A stretch of DNA of 63,048 bases, filler included. It is 10 parts of 10 records of this genome, joined end to end, with 100 filler letters (N's around TTAATTAATTAA, not from the genome) between each part and the next. Parts side by side here need not be neighbours in the genome. Positions count along the whole stretch, not along the records: positions 21,310 to 26,852 come from SRR7504441_9389; positions 26,953 to 34,817 come from SRR7504441_9397; positions 34,918 to 40,881 come from SRR7504441_9412; 7 more parts are not named here. One strand, given 5' to 3'. Positions within the stretch are counted from its first letter, which is position 1. Each line of letters opens with the position of its first letter. Under the pieces are notes generated by a model. That model made no database searches. It worked only from the letters and a program-made list of their open reading frames with translations, and had not been told where the DNA came from. Made by a program: the position numbers and the translations under genes. Positions 22,937 to 35,049 of the stretch are shown in pieces.

Positions 22937-24463
22937 ATGGGCACCCAGCGCTGCCCGGTGAGTGGCTGCGGCGCCTGTTTCGCCACGCCGCTCGCCCGAC
23001 GGCGGCACCTTGCCGAGGCCCACGCGGGTGGCACGGTTGGGGGGCCGGCGGACGACGACCTGGACTACGCGGGCTGCAGGGCGCTGCTAAGCAGGTTGCT
23101 CGAGGCGTACGGCCGGCCCGAGTTCCAGGCCCAGCTGGCCCGGGTGCAGCAGAGCGGGCCAGGGCTGTATCTTCAGCAGCTGCAGCGGCTAGTGCTCCAA
23201 GTGCAGACTCCGCTATTCGAAGCGTTCGGCCTGCCAGCGGGTGCGGCGGGGGTCGACCGAATGAAGCACGCCATCCACCGCCGGATCGCCGAGGGCAGTC
23301 CGGAGCAGCAGCGTGAGCTGCAGGGAATGGCCAACCAGGCCCGGAGTGCGCTCGGGCTCCAGTCCATCTCGGACACGCGCTTCCAGGCCAGCGCTGAAGC
23401 GATGCTCGCCGAGATGGCCGCCAAAGGAAGCCTGTTGGACCAGCGGTCCGGTGTGGCGGCGCTGCTCGAGAAAGCGGCCGCCGACGGCAAGCTCAGGGAG
23501 CCGATCGCGCGCTGGCTGCGAGGGAGGCTGGAGGGCGGCGTGCCGGCTCGGGTGGTGAGGACAGAGCTGAGCATGGCTGAGGGAGCTGGGCTGCCACTCA
23601 GCTCGCTTTCCGGCGAAGACCTGACCGCGGACCCGGAGCGGGTCATGCGCGTGGAGGTGTGGACGCGGATGCCGACGGCCGAAGAGTTCTTCGCGGCGCA
23701 CGTGCTGCCCAACCGGCCAGCTGTGCTGAGAGGACTCGTCTGTGGCGAGAGCTGGCCTCCAATCCGTGACTTCCCGGACTCGGGCTACCTCCGGCGGCGG
23801 TGCGGCCACCGCCGGGTGCCGGTCAAGAGCCTGGCGGTGCCGGACTCACTCGGGCGGCCGGTATTCGTGAGCGACCCAGAGCTCAAGCTCCCGATGGTCG
23901 CCTTCCTCGATGCTGTTGAGCATTCAGAGCACTCAGGAGCCAAGTGCCCGTTCTACCTAGGCAAAGTGCCGCTGCGGGCTGAACTGCCAGAGTTGGATGA
24001 GGACATTACGAGCGCCCCGCCCCCGCCGGTGAGCGCTCTCTCGGGGTGCTTTGGGCCGATGATACCGCAAGGAGTGTTCACTTACTTTGGGTGCGAGAGG
24101 CAGGTTACTCCCACCCACTTTGACCACGCCGAGAACCTGCTGCTCTGTCTGTGCGGGACCAAGCGGCTGTGGCTGTACCCTCCCAGCAGCACCAGTTCGC
24201 TCTACCCTGTGGGCGATAATGGGTCGCGTTCGGCCGCGCCGCCGTTTCAGACTTTCGATCAGCTGTCGGAGGAACTCAAGGAGACGTTTGGCGAGGTGGC
24301 GCACGCGAGGGCGGTTGAGGTCAACTTGGGGCCGGGCGACTTGCTCTACCTGCCGGCCTGCTGGTGGCATTGCGTGGAAGGCTCCAAGGAGCGGAATATG
24401 ATACTCAATTGGTGGATGGAGCTTCATCCAGACAAACACAATGCGACAAGCGAAGCTCCGTGA
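22937..24463 (+). CDS. JmjC (cupin_8-type) 2-oxoglutarate oxygenase with N-terminal C2H2 finger and protein-C10-like helical domain
   Basis: CPVSGCGACFATPLARRRHLAEAH finger, NRPAVLRG, TPTHFDHAENLL (HxD), and LGPGDLLYLPACWWHCVE (distal His). Intronless. Confidence 0.85.
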   Translation: MGTQRCPVSGCGACFATPLARRRHLAEAHAGGTVGGPADDDLDYAGCRALLSRLLEAYGRPEFQAQLARVQQSGPGLYLQQLQRLVLQVQTPLFEAFGLPAGAAGVDRMKHAIHRRIAEGSPEQQRELQGMANQARSALGLQSISDTRFQASAEAMLAEMAAKGSLLDQRSGVAALLEKAAADGKLREPIARWLRGRLEGGVPARVVRTELSMAEGAGLPLSSLSGEDLTADPERVMRVEVWTRMPTAEEFFAAHVLPNRPAVLRGLVCGESWPPIRDFPDSGYLRRRCGHRRVPVKSLAVPDSLGRPVFVSDPELKLPMVAFLDAVEHSEHSGAKCPFYLGKVPLRAELPELDEDITSAPPPPVSALSGCFGPMIPQGVFTYFGCERQVTPTHFDHAENLLLCLCGTKRLWLYPPSSTSSLYPVGDNGSRSAAPPFQTFDQLSEELKETFGEVAHARAVEVNLGPGDLLYLPACWWHCVEGSKERNMILNWWMELHPDKHNATSEAP

Positions 24464-24630
24464 AAGTTTAGTGAAAGCTTCAACATTCAAAATTTCTAGA
24501 TACATGTATATATTGGTACAGAGTAACGTAGACAACGAATAGACAACGAAAGTAATTACTGTACGCAAAAATAGTACACAATTCAAACGGGTTTTGAGTA
24601 GGTTTTGAGTTCGTTGATGTATCGTTGATG
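24460..24630. repeat. Cluster of four 9-TA-9 scars (24460 with one mismatch, 24531, 24590, 24611)
   Basis: GTGAAAGTT/GTGAAAGCT, GACAACGAA, GGTTTTGAG and TCGTTGATG, each duplicated around TA. Confidence 0.92.
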
Positions 24631-24863
24631 CGTCGTGGCCATGATAATTATCAATACCATCACTGCACGGCGTATAGTGTGGCCTAGATGGCTGTTATAA
24701 TGGTCTATCAATTCAACTCGATTGCAATTGCCCCGTATCCCGGGCCCATACACTGTACTTCACCTCGCATCCGTCATCAATGATTGGAACTCCCAGCCTT
24801 GTATGCCGCAAGATCGGCATTCGCCCAGCTACAACCAGCCAATTAAACAGACCCAACAATTTG

Positions 24864-26741
24864 TTAGACTGACCCGACTTTGGCAGTAATCAGCTGGCTG
24901 GTGAGGTCGTCGATTTCGACCTCTTGAGCCTTAATTAGCTTGGACTGTCCCTGTAGTGTCCTCTCCATCTCCACAATCCTGTCCACGTGATCCGTGTTCA
25001 CCTTTTCCAGTAAACGCTGCCAACACTCATCATTCCACTCAACCTGAAGCCAAACTGCACCTCCCATCGCCTCCGCTCCTCAGCGACTGCAGCTTCCGAC
25101 GCCTTTTGGCCGAGCTCGAGGGCAGTTTGCACTTCCTCAGAGACGGCAACCTGGGATACAGTCACTATCGATAGCGCAGTCAGCTCACTGCAGCGTCCTG
25201 CAGCTTGGTGATGAGCTCGGCGCCGTTCGGCACACTCTTGGACTGGCCAGGCGCGAGCTGACTCATCACTGACGCGAGCTTGCGAACAGGATTGTGCTGC
25301 GGCAGCATTCACGCTCGAGCTAAGCGTTAATGGCGGCACCGGGCTGTGCACGGGGGCACTGGTGGGCTTGCGGTATACCACAAAAGGGTTGACTGGGTTG
25401 AGCGAGGCAGCAGGCTCCAGAACGAGGGCGCGCTCGGTCAGCGGCGAGCTGGCAGGCCCCAGCTCAGCCGCCGCGGGCCAAAGCCGCTCACCTACGGTCG
25501 AGTTTGCTCCCACTGTTCACCTGGCGCGGGCAGAGCGGCGAGACTGCCTGGCCCTTCTTCTTCTTGCCACTCTCTGTCAGCTTCTGGTCCTTGACGCCTG
25601 CCCTCGGGGTCTTCCGGGATTTCTTCCGTTTCCTGCCCTGGCTCAGCGCGCAGCGCCCGAGGCAGCCACACCGGGTGGAGTCGCCGCGAGTGAACGTGAC
25701 GTGCCGGTCGTCGAGTGTTATCTGAGGCTCCGGAGTCGGATCGGCCACCGGAGCGCTCATCGGCTCAGGCATCGGTGAGCTTGGAACCGCCTTGCACGGC
25801 AGCGGCGCTTGGTCCTCTCCACCAGCCACGCTCTGGGCGAGCTCATCGAGCTGCTCCTGTTGCTTCCGCCGAGCGGTCTGTTGCTGCTCTACGTACGAGG
25901 GCTGGCTGGCCGGCGGCTCAACTGTAACCTCCACTGGCATCTGGCCAGGCTCGCCAGCGACAGCCTTGGCTCGCTGGGCCGCCAGGAAGGTGGCAACCGC
26001 GCTGAACTCGCTGCAGAGGATCCTGAAGTTCTCGGGCTCGTCGGGCATCGCCTTGTCGAAGGCGGCCGTGAATTCATCTGTGCTCACATCGTCGCGGCTG
26101 GCTTTGCACAGCCCGGCGAGCACGGCATTGTTCTTTTCCACACTCCACAGCCGCCGTTTGAGCGCCCCAGCCCTCGTGGCCCGGGTAACCCCGAGTGATA
26201 GCAAATCGGCCATCTTCACGGACCGCTGGACGTGTCCTCCCTGAAACGCAGCATACACCCCGGCCAGCAGCGCCTGCCTGTCGAGGGCGGCCTGCTGCAC
26301 CTCGGGCACAGCCACGGCGACTCGGCCGATCATGACGTCCACATCCACCACGCTCATTATCTTGGCGACGGTCTGGTCGAACTTGGGACCGGCCATCCCT
26401 TTGCACAGCGCCATCAGAGCTTCGACAAAGCTCGCACCGTCCCACTCCGCCCGACCCTGCAGCGCCAGCCCGAGCCCTGACAGCCTGTCGCCAGTCACCG
26501 GCCCGCCGGCTGCAATCCGCTCGTATACTGTGTGCAGCATACGAGCCCGCCGACCGGGTTCGGTGCCCGACCCGCCGAACAAGCTGAGCCATTCGCCCAC
26601 ACGGCGCATCACGCTCCGGCCGGGGTTGGCCGCCCGCGAGGCCACAAGTTCGAACCCGCGCTTGACTGAAGCCCGGAGCTGCTGGCTGGTCTCGGGACTC
26701 ATCGTCTGTGACGGCGGCAGGCTGACGAAAGGCTCACGCAT
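24864..26741 (-). CDS. Hypothetical protein with degenerate EF-hand-like region and C-terminal coiled coil, multi-exon
   Basis: Long coding-biased ORF 25488-26741 plus downstream ORFs linkable by mini-introns. Exon boundaries not resolved. Confidence 0.5.
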
Positions 26742-26952
26742 CTGGCCGGCCCGAACCTGCCCGCACCGTTCGGCCCGTCTACACCGGTCAGGGTTAGGGT
26801 ATAGGCCTATGTTGGTGGTGTCGCAGCCCCAGCGGCCGGCCGTCTAGCTAGANNNNNNNNNNNNNNNNNNNNNNNNNNNNNNNNNNNNNNNNNNNNTTAA
26901 TTAATTAANNNNNNNNNNNNNNNNNNNNNNNNNNNNNNNNNNNNNNNNNNNN

Positions 26953-27268
26953 TCAGCTCGAGCCGGAGTGCAGGGCGGCGCTGGTGCGGCTCGGGTATAA
27001 CCAGAGCCGGTGGGATGAAGCTGAGATGCCCACGTACCCGATCGACATGTCCTGGGAGGAGCTCGCCGAGCCGCGGCGGGAGGACGCGATCATGCTCGGG
27101 TATGATCAGCAGAGCTGGGACGAGGACTGGGACGAGAGTTGGCTGGGCTGCTGGGCGGATCTGGCTGATGAGCAACGGAGGGCTCTGCTGAGGCTTGGGT
27201 ACACTCAGCAGAGCTGGGACGACGAGTCGAGCGACGAGTCGTGTGAGTCGGTGGACTCCATGCCCTGA
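26953..27268 (+). CDS. 3' end of a Trp/acidic repeat protein (W-x-E/D-L-x5-A-x3-LGY-x3-SWD repeats)
   Basis: Three copies: LGYNQSRWDE, LGYDQQSWDE, LGYTQQSWDD. 5' end cut by the linker. Confidence 0.7.
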
Positions 27269-27415
27269 ACACGCCACCGAGTCCACAAGGGTTATAATCA
27301 CTAATGGCTTAGAGGCCTAGCAATGCGCTCGCTGGGCACTAGACAATTGATCGTGTGCCCGGAAGGCGCCATACACATACATGAATCGTTACGGATCGAT
27401 TGGTTTAATCATAAA

Positions 27416-28096
27416 TCAGTCATCCACCGCGGTCTCGTTTCTCTCATTTTCTTGAGCCGCGGCCTCCTCCTCTTTCGGGGCGGCTTGCCGGCTCGGCTTG
27501 GCGTCATTGGCTTTTTGGACTAAATAGTGCAACCTGCCCCGACCCTGGCACCGGCCGCCGACCGAACCGCCCACCGGCCTTCCGGCTTGAGCTGGCTCTG
27601 GATTCGTTCGATCCGTTGGGCGCAGGTCTGGATGGTGCCAGCCATGTTGTGCGCCCGCTTACGGACGGCCGACAGTTGGGCGAGCTTTTCCTTGAACGGT
27701 GGCACCTGCGGCGACTCCAGGAATGGCCGGAGCACCTGCCCCCCGCGCTCCCGCCCGCCCGCCCGAGCCGCACGTTGCTCAGGCGGTCGATCTCCGTGGC
27801 CAGGGCGGCCTGCAGGCGGTACAGGGTCAGTCCGCCGACGGGCCGGGGGGGGTGCCTGGCTCTTCATGACGGCCTGTACGCGGATGTCCGACTCGAGCAC
27901 CACCGGCTGCAGCAGCTGCGAGCCCCGCTCGGCCCGGCGGCCGGCCCGGCGGCACCTGCATGATCCCGCTGGCCAGCGAGGCGGCCGGGTCGGAGGCGCT
28001 CGAAGGATCCGGCGCGGCCGGCTCCGAGGCGGCCGGCTCCGAGGCGGAAGGCGCCTCGGCCTCTGCGGCCGGGGCTTCCTCCTCGATGCGGCCCAT
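27416..28096 (-). CDS. SNAPIN: Snapin / BLOC-1 subunit 7-like, 5 exons
   Basis: Spliced LASGIMQLLQPVVLESDIRVQAVMKSQAALATEIDRLSNVLRPF...KLAQLSAVRKRAHNMAGTIQTCAQRIERI matches Snapin. Includes GC-AG intron 27810-27855. Confidence 0.75.
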
Positions 28097-28265
28097 TGCC
28101 CCCGAGCAGCCGAGCTCAGGTGGGAGGCTGCTCTGCTCGATCCGTTGCTCGGCAACGGCAAAGCAGCTGCCGGCAACGCCCGGGGACCTCTCCTGCACAG
28201 CGGGCAGCCAGCACCAGCGGCGCGGGGGGTTGAGCTTCTCGTGGTGGGCGGGGAGTGAGCGCAGC

Positions 28266-31200
28266 ATGGGGGAGCTGCACGCCTGGGTCAAGGATGAGCT
28301 GCACGGGGTGCTCGGCTACTCTGACGACAGCGTGGCCGGCTTCTGCGTGGCGCTAGGTCACCCACCGCCCAGCTGGTGTGTGCCAAACCTAAGCCCCGGG
28401 CGCAGGCAAGAAGGCCCCCAGTCTGTCGAGCCTGGTCGACAGCCTCGCCGACGCCTTGCCGCCCGGTGCGGCCGCCAACAGGTCGATTCCCGCGGCCGGT
28501 GCGCCAGTCACTGCGCCGGGGCAGGTTCGCCAAAAAGCTGTTCGATAGAGTGCCTCGCAGCCAGGCGGCCGCGCCCAAGTCGAAGCCCAAACGGGAGGAG
28601 AAGCAGTCGCGCAGCGCGTATAAGCAGAGCGATGCGTACGACCTTGTGCCCGAGCCTGAGGACGAGCCGGCCAGTCGCGCCCCCGCCGGGGCCAAGCAAG
28701 CTAGGAAGATCCGGAAGCGGACGGTTGCTGCGGCGGAGGAGGAGGACGACGAGGACTTGCCCGCGATGGTGCGCGCCAGGAAGAAAGCCGCCAGGGAGAA
28801 GAAGATGGCTGCGGCGCAACCAGCGGGCGAGGACGAGGAGGTGGCGCGCGCGAGGGACCTGCGCGAACGGGACGAGTTCTCGCAGCGGCTCAAGGCGCGG
28901 GACGACGAGCGGACCAAGAAGGTGATGGAGTCCAAGCTGTCCAAAGAGGACCGGGAGGAGGCCGAGCGACGTAAGCAGGCTGAGGATATAAAGGACCAGC
29001 AGGAGTTTGATGAGACGATGGGGGATATGAGAGTGTTCTCCCGGGAGGAATATCTCAAGAAGCGGGAGGCGCAGAAGATCCAGGCGCTGGAGGACATCGT
29101 GAACGACGAGGAGTTCCTCCGGCGCGGCGGGGGGAAGATCACCGAGCGTGAGGAGAGAGAGCACCAGCGGAACAAGGAGTTATTGAGGATGGCCAAGGAG
29201 AAGCTCGGGCTGAGCGAGGCCATAGACCGGTATCAGATGCCGGTCGGGTACGAGACGGTGGACGACGAGGGCAAGATCGTCGCAGTGAAGAAGGCTGATC
29301 AGGAGGAGTTGCTAAAAGGGCGGTACGTAGAGGAGGTATGGCAAGGGACGGACCAGGAACACTTGTCGGACCTGCTCGAGAAGCAGGCCTCGGCCAAGTT
29401 TGGGGCGCAGGACCGGGCGCAGGCCGGGGCCGAATACGACATGGTTTTTGAAGATCAGGTAGACTTTGTGAGGGCGAAGGTGCTCGAAGGCGACTATATA
29501 GACGAAGAGTACGACGAGCAGGAGCTCAAGAAGAAGATGGAGGAGATGAAGTCGGCCAGCATACAGGAGCAGCGCCGCAAGCTGCCGGTGTTCCCATACC
29601 GCGAGGACTTCCTAAAGGCAATGGACGAGCACCAGGTGCTCGTGCTCGTCGGAGAGACCGGGTCTGGTAAGACGACGCAGCTGCCGCAGTATTTGTACGA
29701 GTCTGGCTGGTGCAAGGAGAAGGAGGACGGCAAGTGCATGATGATAGGCTGCACCCAGCCGCGCCGTGTGGCTGCAATGTCGGTGGCGAAGCGTGTCGCC
29801 GACGAGATGGGGTGCAAGCTCGGGAACGAGGTCGGGTACTCGATTCGGTTCGAGGACTGCACCTCGCACAGGACGATGCTCAAGTACATGACCGACGGGA
29901 TGCTGCTCCGCGAGTTCTTGGGCGAGCCGGATTTGGCCTCTTACTCTGTGATGATGCTGGACGAGGCACACGAGAGGACTCTCCACACCGACATCCTGTT
30001 CGGATTGCTCAAGGACATTGCCCGATTCCGGCCTGACCTCAAACTGCTGATCTCGTCCGCCACTATGGACGCCCAAAAGTTCTCGGACTACTTCGACCAA
30101 GCCCCCGTGTTCACTGTGCCTGGCCGACGGTACCCAGTTGATATCATGTACACAAAGGCTCCAGAGGCGGACTATATGGACGCTGCGGTGGTCTCAGTGA
30201 TGCAAATCCATATCACCCAGCCGCCCGGGGATGTGCTGGTCTTCTTCACCGGGCAGGAGGAGATCGAGGCCTGCCAGGAGATCCTCACCCAGCGGGCCAA
30301 GGCGCTCGGGTCTAAGATCAAGGAGCTGATTGTGCTCCCAATCTATGCCACGCTACCCTCGGAGGAGCAAGCCAAGATCTTCGAGCCATGCCCACCCGGG
30401 GCGCGCAAGGTGGTGCTCGCTACCAACATTGCTGAGACCTCGCTCACGATTGACGGGATCGTGTACATCGTAGACCCAGGCTTCTGCAAGCAAAATTGCT
30501 ACAACCCCAGGACCGGTATGGAATCGCTGATTGTGACTCCGGTCTCCCAGGCCTCCGCCAACCAGCGGGCTGGTCGGGCGGGCCGCACTGCGCCAGGCAA
30601 GGCTTTCCGGCTGTTCACCTTGTGGTCGTTCAAGCATGAGATGGACGAGAACGAAGTGCCAGAGATCCAGCGGACAAACCTGGGCAACGTGGCCTTGGTG
30701 CTCAAGTCGCTAGGGATAGACGACCTTGTCCACTTCGATTTTATGGACCCACCGCCTGTTGAGACGCTCATCCGGGCGCTCGAGTCGCTCTACGCTCTTG
30801 GGGCGCTCAATGACCGAGGCGAGCTCACAAAGCTCGGGCGGCGGATGGCGGAGTTCCCGCTCGACCCTATGCTCTCAAAGTGCCTGATCCAGTCCGAAAA
30901 GTACGAGTGCTCAGAGGAGGTGTGCACGATCTGCGGGATGCTCACCTCGGGGAGCGCCATCTTCTACCGGCCCAAAGACAAGCAGGTGCACGCCGACAAC
31001 GCGCACAAGAACTTCCACAGGCCGGGCGGCGATCACCTGGTGCTGCTGGCGCTGTACCAGGCGTGGGAGGAGACCAACTTCAACATGCAGTGGTGCTACG
31101 AGAACTTTGTGCAGTACCGCTCGCTCAAGCGGGCCCGGGATGTGCGCGACCAGCTGCTTCTGCTGATGGAGCGGACTGAGGTCGAGATGATCTCAAACCC

Positions 31201-31606
31201 TCAGGAGATAGTGGGCATCCGCAAGGCAATCGCTTCCGGCTTTTTCTACAATGCGGCCAAGCTGAGTAAGGGCGGGGACTACCGGACAGTCAAGAATCAA
31301 CAGACAGTGCACATCCATCCGCAGTCGTGTCTGTTCCAGCAGGACGTGCCGCCGCGTTGGCTGATCTTCCACGAGTTGGTCATGACGAGCAAGGAGTATA
31401 TGCGGAATGTAATCGAGATCGAGCCACCCTGGCTAGTTGAGATCGCGCCACACTACTTTAAAGCAAAGGACATCGAGGACGAGCGGAGCAAGAAAATGCC
31501 AAATGCCAAGGCCGTCAGGCTGGCGCAAGAGGCCGAGGCAAAATATAGACGAGATGAGGGTGCAGTACCTCGGACTCGTGTGACGAAGGATGGAATATAC
31601 TATTAA
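28266..31606 (+). CDS. DHX16: DEAH-box spliceosomal helicase DHX16/Prp2
   Basis: N-terminal [62 protein letters not shown]2 and OB regions. Two 5' mini-introns. Confidence 0.95.
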
Positions 31607-31641
31607 ACCATAGATCCCGCTCGTATAATTGTAAGAAACGA

Positions 31642-33054
31642 TCACTGGCCGTTTGCTTTAAGTTTCATGATTTGAGCCAACTCAGATTCAGAGAATCCGA
31701 TAGCTAGCGCCCTCTCACTCTCCGACAGCTCACACGCTCCGGCTTCTTTCAAAAGCTGCACAAGCAATTCTCGTTCTTTGTCATCGTCGTGCGATTCCGC
31801 AAACATTAAACTTCTCCATCCGTCGCTCCTTGTCGCATCCACCTTTGCACCGGCTCCCAGTAGTGTGGCGGCGCAATCCTTATCCCCATTCTTGACAGAC
31901 AGCATGAGAGAACTCATCCCTTCAGCGTCGGTGTGATTGACATCTGCACCAGATTGAAGCAGCTCCCCCACCGCTCTCGAATAGCCGCCGCCCGCTGCAA
32001 TCATCAAGCTCGTCACCCCGTCACCGCTGGTTGCATCAACAGCCGCACCCGACGCCAACAGCACAGACACGCACTCGGCGACGCCCACCTGGCTCGCCAA
32101 CATGAGTGCCGTCCACCCTCGGGCGTTGGCAAGATTCACGGTTGCACCGGCACTGACCAGAATCTGCACCAGTTCTGTATTGCCGTTGCTGCCCGCAAGC
32201 ATCAGGCTGCTGCACATCTCAGGATCGAGTATATCGATGTATTCAGCCGCTGCCGGTGCTGTCTCCACAAGCGCCGCCACCGCGTCGAGTTGTGAAGCAC
32301 TGACTGCTAAGTGCAGCGCAGTCAGGCCTTCTTCGTTGGCGTCAGCGACTCGGGCACCAGCTTTGATCAGCGCCACCACCACACCTGCTCGGCCCTCTAG
32401 CGATGCGAGCATCAGGGCAGTGACGCCGTGCTTTCTCTTGATGTTGGCATCTGCGCTGGCCGCAAGCAAAGCCACCACCGCGTCGGTGTGACCGCGGCCG
32501 CTGGCAATCATCAGCCCCGTTGACTGATCTGCCACCGCAGCCGCATCGACTGCAGCGCCGGCAGCTGCCAAAGTCGCAACAACGCCAGCGTGACCGAACG
32601 AAGCGGCGAAGAAGAGAGCTGTCTTGCCAGTATCGGCCGCAGCGGCATTGACGTCAGCCCCAGAAGCTACCAACGCGTCAACACATTCGCGGTGCCCGTT
32701 CTGGGCCGCCAGGATGCACCCAGTAATCCCTGAAGGCAGGCAAGCGTTGACTGATGCACCCGCGGTCATGAGCACGGCAGCTGTGTCGGTATGGCCGCTG
32801 GCACACGCAGCCATCAGCGCAGTCAAGCCACCGGCGTTGATTGCATTCACATCAGCGGCTGCTTCGACCAGCAGCGTGACGGCTAATCTGCGGCCTCCCG
32901 CGCTGCCGATTATAAGTGCTGTGCTGCCCTTGGCGTTGGTGGCGTCTAGCCCCTCTCCGTCCGAGATGCAGCGCCTGACCGTGTCAGTATCGCCGTCCCG
33001 GCACGACACCATCAGTTCTGTGTATCCAGCCGCCACTTCGGCCGCGGACAACAT
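31642..33054 (-). CDS. Multi-ankyrin-repeat protein
   Basis: About 12-13 repeats of GxTALMxA..G...V..L...GADVN. Start MLSAAEVAAG at 33054. The upstream part of the listed ORF is antisense to the next gene. Confidence 0.9.
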   Translation of the reverse strand: MLSAAEVAAGYTELMVSCRDGDTDTVRRCISDGEGLDATNAKGSTALIIGSAGGRRLAVTLLVEAAADVNAINAGGLTALMAACASGHTDTAAVLMTAGASVNACLPSGITGCILAAQNGHRECVDALVASGADVNAAAADTGKTALFFAASFGHAGVVATLAAAGAAVDAAAVADQSTGLMIASGRGHTDAVVALLAASADANIKRKHGVTALMLASLEGRAGVVVALIKAGARVADANEEGLTALHLAVSASQLDAVAALVETAPAAAEYIDILDPEMCSSLMLAGSNGNTELVQILVSAGATVNLANARGWTALMLASQVGVAECVSVLLASGAAVDATSGDGVTSLMIAAGGGYSRAVGELLQSGADVNHTDAEGMSSLMLSVKNGDKDCAATLLGAGAKVDATRSDGWRSLMFAESHDDDKERELLVQLLKEAGACELSESERALAIGFSESELAQIMKLKANGQ

Positions 33055-33116
33055 TGATGATCGACGAGCAGTTGCGAAAAAAATGGCCTGAGCGAGAGCA
33101 TCATGACGTGAGGACC

Positions 33117-34612
33117 ATGGAGGAGTGGCAGCAGGCGCAGCGGGCGATCGCCTCGGTGCGGCTGTGGCCGGCGGCTGCCCACTGGTCCGGCAGGAGCGCT
33201 CGCGGCTCGAACGGATCAAGTCGGAGCTCTCGCGGGAGATCGGGCACGCGCCTGACCCTTCGCTCCCTCCGGGCGCCGAGGCTGTAGTCTCCCAGATGGT
33301 GGAGCGGGCCATGCAAGCGTACACCGCCGGCGCCGAGGCGCGCGAGGCCGCCCTGCGGGCCGAGCTGGACCAGCTCCGGGCCGGTGGGCCGGCGAGCGGC
33401 GGGCGGGCGGCGGGGCTGCTGAAGGTGCTGCTGCTGCGGCGGCCGCAGGAGGTGTTAGCGCGGGTGCTCCGGTGGCGGCTGGCGTGCGGCGAGCAGGGCG
33501 GCGGGGGCGTGGCCGCCGGGAGGGACCGGCTGGCGGCCCTGGACAAGCGGCAGGCCGAGCTGAGCCAGTGCGGGCCGGCTGGCCAGGGCCGACTGGGGGA
33601 CAGGCGGACAGTGGACGTGGCGCTGCGGGAGCAGCACCTGGCGCACAGCGCGGCCCAGCTGACTAAGATCGAGCGGATACTGCGCGAGGACCAGGAGATT
33701 GTGCAGCAGCAGCAGGCCGAGCTGAGCACTGCGAGGGCCGAGCTCAACCAGGAGCTGCAGACCTGCAGGCAAGACCGCACCAGCTGGGAAGCGCAGCGGG
33801 CCCCGGAGAAGGAGACCCAGGCCGAGATCAAGCGGCAGGCCGGGCTGATGGCCGACCAGATGGAGAATTTAGAGCGGGAGACCGGGCTGCTCCAGCAGGC
33901 TCAGGAGGCGCTCTCTCAGGCCCAGCGCTCGGTGGCCAAGGATAAGCGACGGCTAGAGCGCCGGGAGGAGCGGTGACCGGTCAGCTGAGCTGGCTGAGCG
34001 CTGGGTAGGTGCACTGCGGAGGCGACAGCGCTCGCAGAGGCGGCGCGCAGGTTTGGCGAGGGCAAGGAGGAGGCCCAGCTGCGCAAGCATAAGTCTTTTG
34101 GGGCGCTCCGGTCGCAGCTCCGGCTGCTGGCGGAGCAGAGAGACGAGGTGGAGGCGGCCACCCAGCATCTGGAGAAGCAGCAGCAGGCGTACGCAGCCCA
34201 GAAAGCGGCAACCGATCTAGAGAGCAAGAGCAGCCGGAAGCAGCTGGCTCAGCGGACTGGGCTGATGTGGCTGCTCATGTGCCGGGCTCGCATGGCCGGT
34301 GGGGACCGCAGGAGCCCCGCGCTCCGCCGGTGGCGCGAGGCGCAGCTGCGGGGCAGCCTGGTAGAGGCCAGGCAAGCCCAGCACGGAGTGGCCAGCCCGA
34401 CTGCGGCGGAGAACGAGGTCGCGATCATAGAGGCGTGGGACAACGTGCGGCGAGCCCGCCAGGCGATCGCAGAGGAGCAGCAGGCGCTGGCCAGCTCGTG
34501 GGCTGAGGCGCACAATAAGCAGCGCCAAATTGAGCAAGACAACAGGGCGCTCGCAGCCGCCTGGGCCGAAGTGCAGAGGTTGCAGAAGGCGGCTGGGAAG
34601 GGCGTGCGATAA
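33117..34612 (+). CDS. Coiled-coil protein, multi-exon
   Basis: MEEWQQAQRAIAS|ERSRLERIK..., E/Q/A/R-rich exons joined by GT-AG mini-introns. Confidence 0.65.
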
Positions 34613-35049
34613 GCTACCCTGCTAAGCTCGGCAGTCCTCGACGATGTCGCATGCATTGCTGAGAGGAACCATAAAGACGCCGCACGTGTTTGGTATTACG
34701 GTGCTAGCACAGTATGATAAATGTATATACTCGTACAAAGCCTTAATACACAGTGTGTATTACAAGTCTGCAACATTAGATTTAGCACACTATCAATGGT
34801 GCATGAAATTAAACACCNNNNNNNNNNNNNNNNNNNNNNNNNNNNNNNNNNNNNNNNNNNNTTAATTAATTAANNNNNNNNNNNNNNNNNNNNNNNNNNN
34901 NNNNNNNNNNNNNNNNNTACTATCAAGTGATTAGTCAAGCAAGTATAAACCTGGGCCGAGCTCAGCCCAATTCCTTGAAATCTCTCTGTTAGTACGTATC
35001 AGCTACTGTTAGACAGTTAATTAACTGGTAGAATCAAAGAGCAGACCTT

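Noticed and set aside
24529-24630. CRISPR-like or satellite array
   Set aside because: Each repeated unit is different and occurs only twice, with no constant repeat and spacer structure and no cas genes.
26792-26800. TTAGGG telomere seed near a contig end
   Set aside because: Single hexamer with no array.
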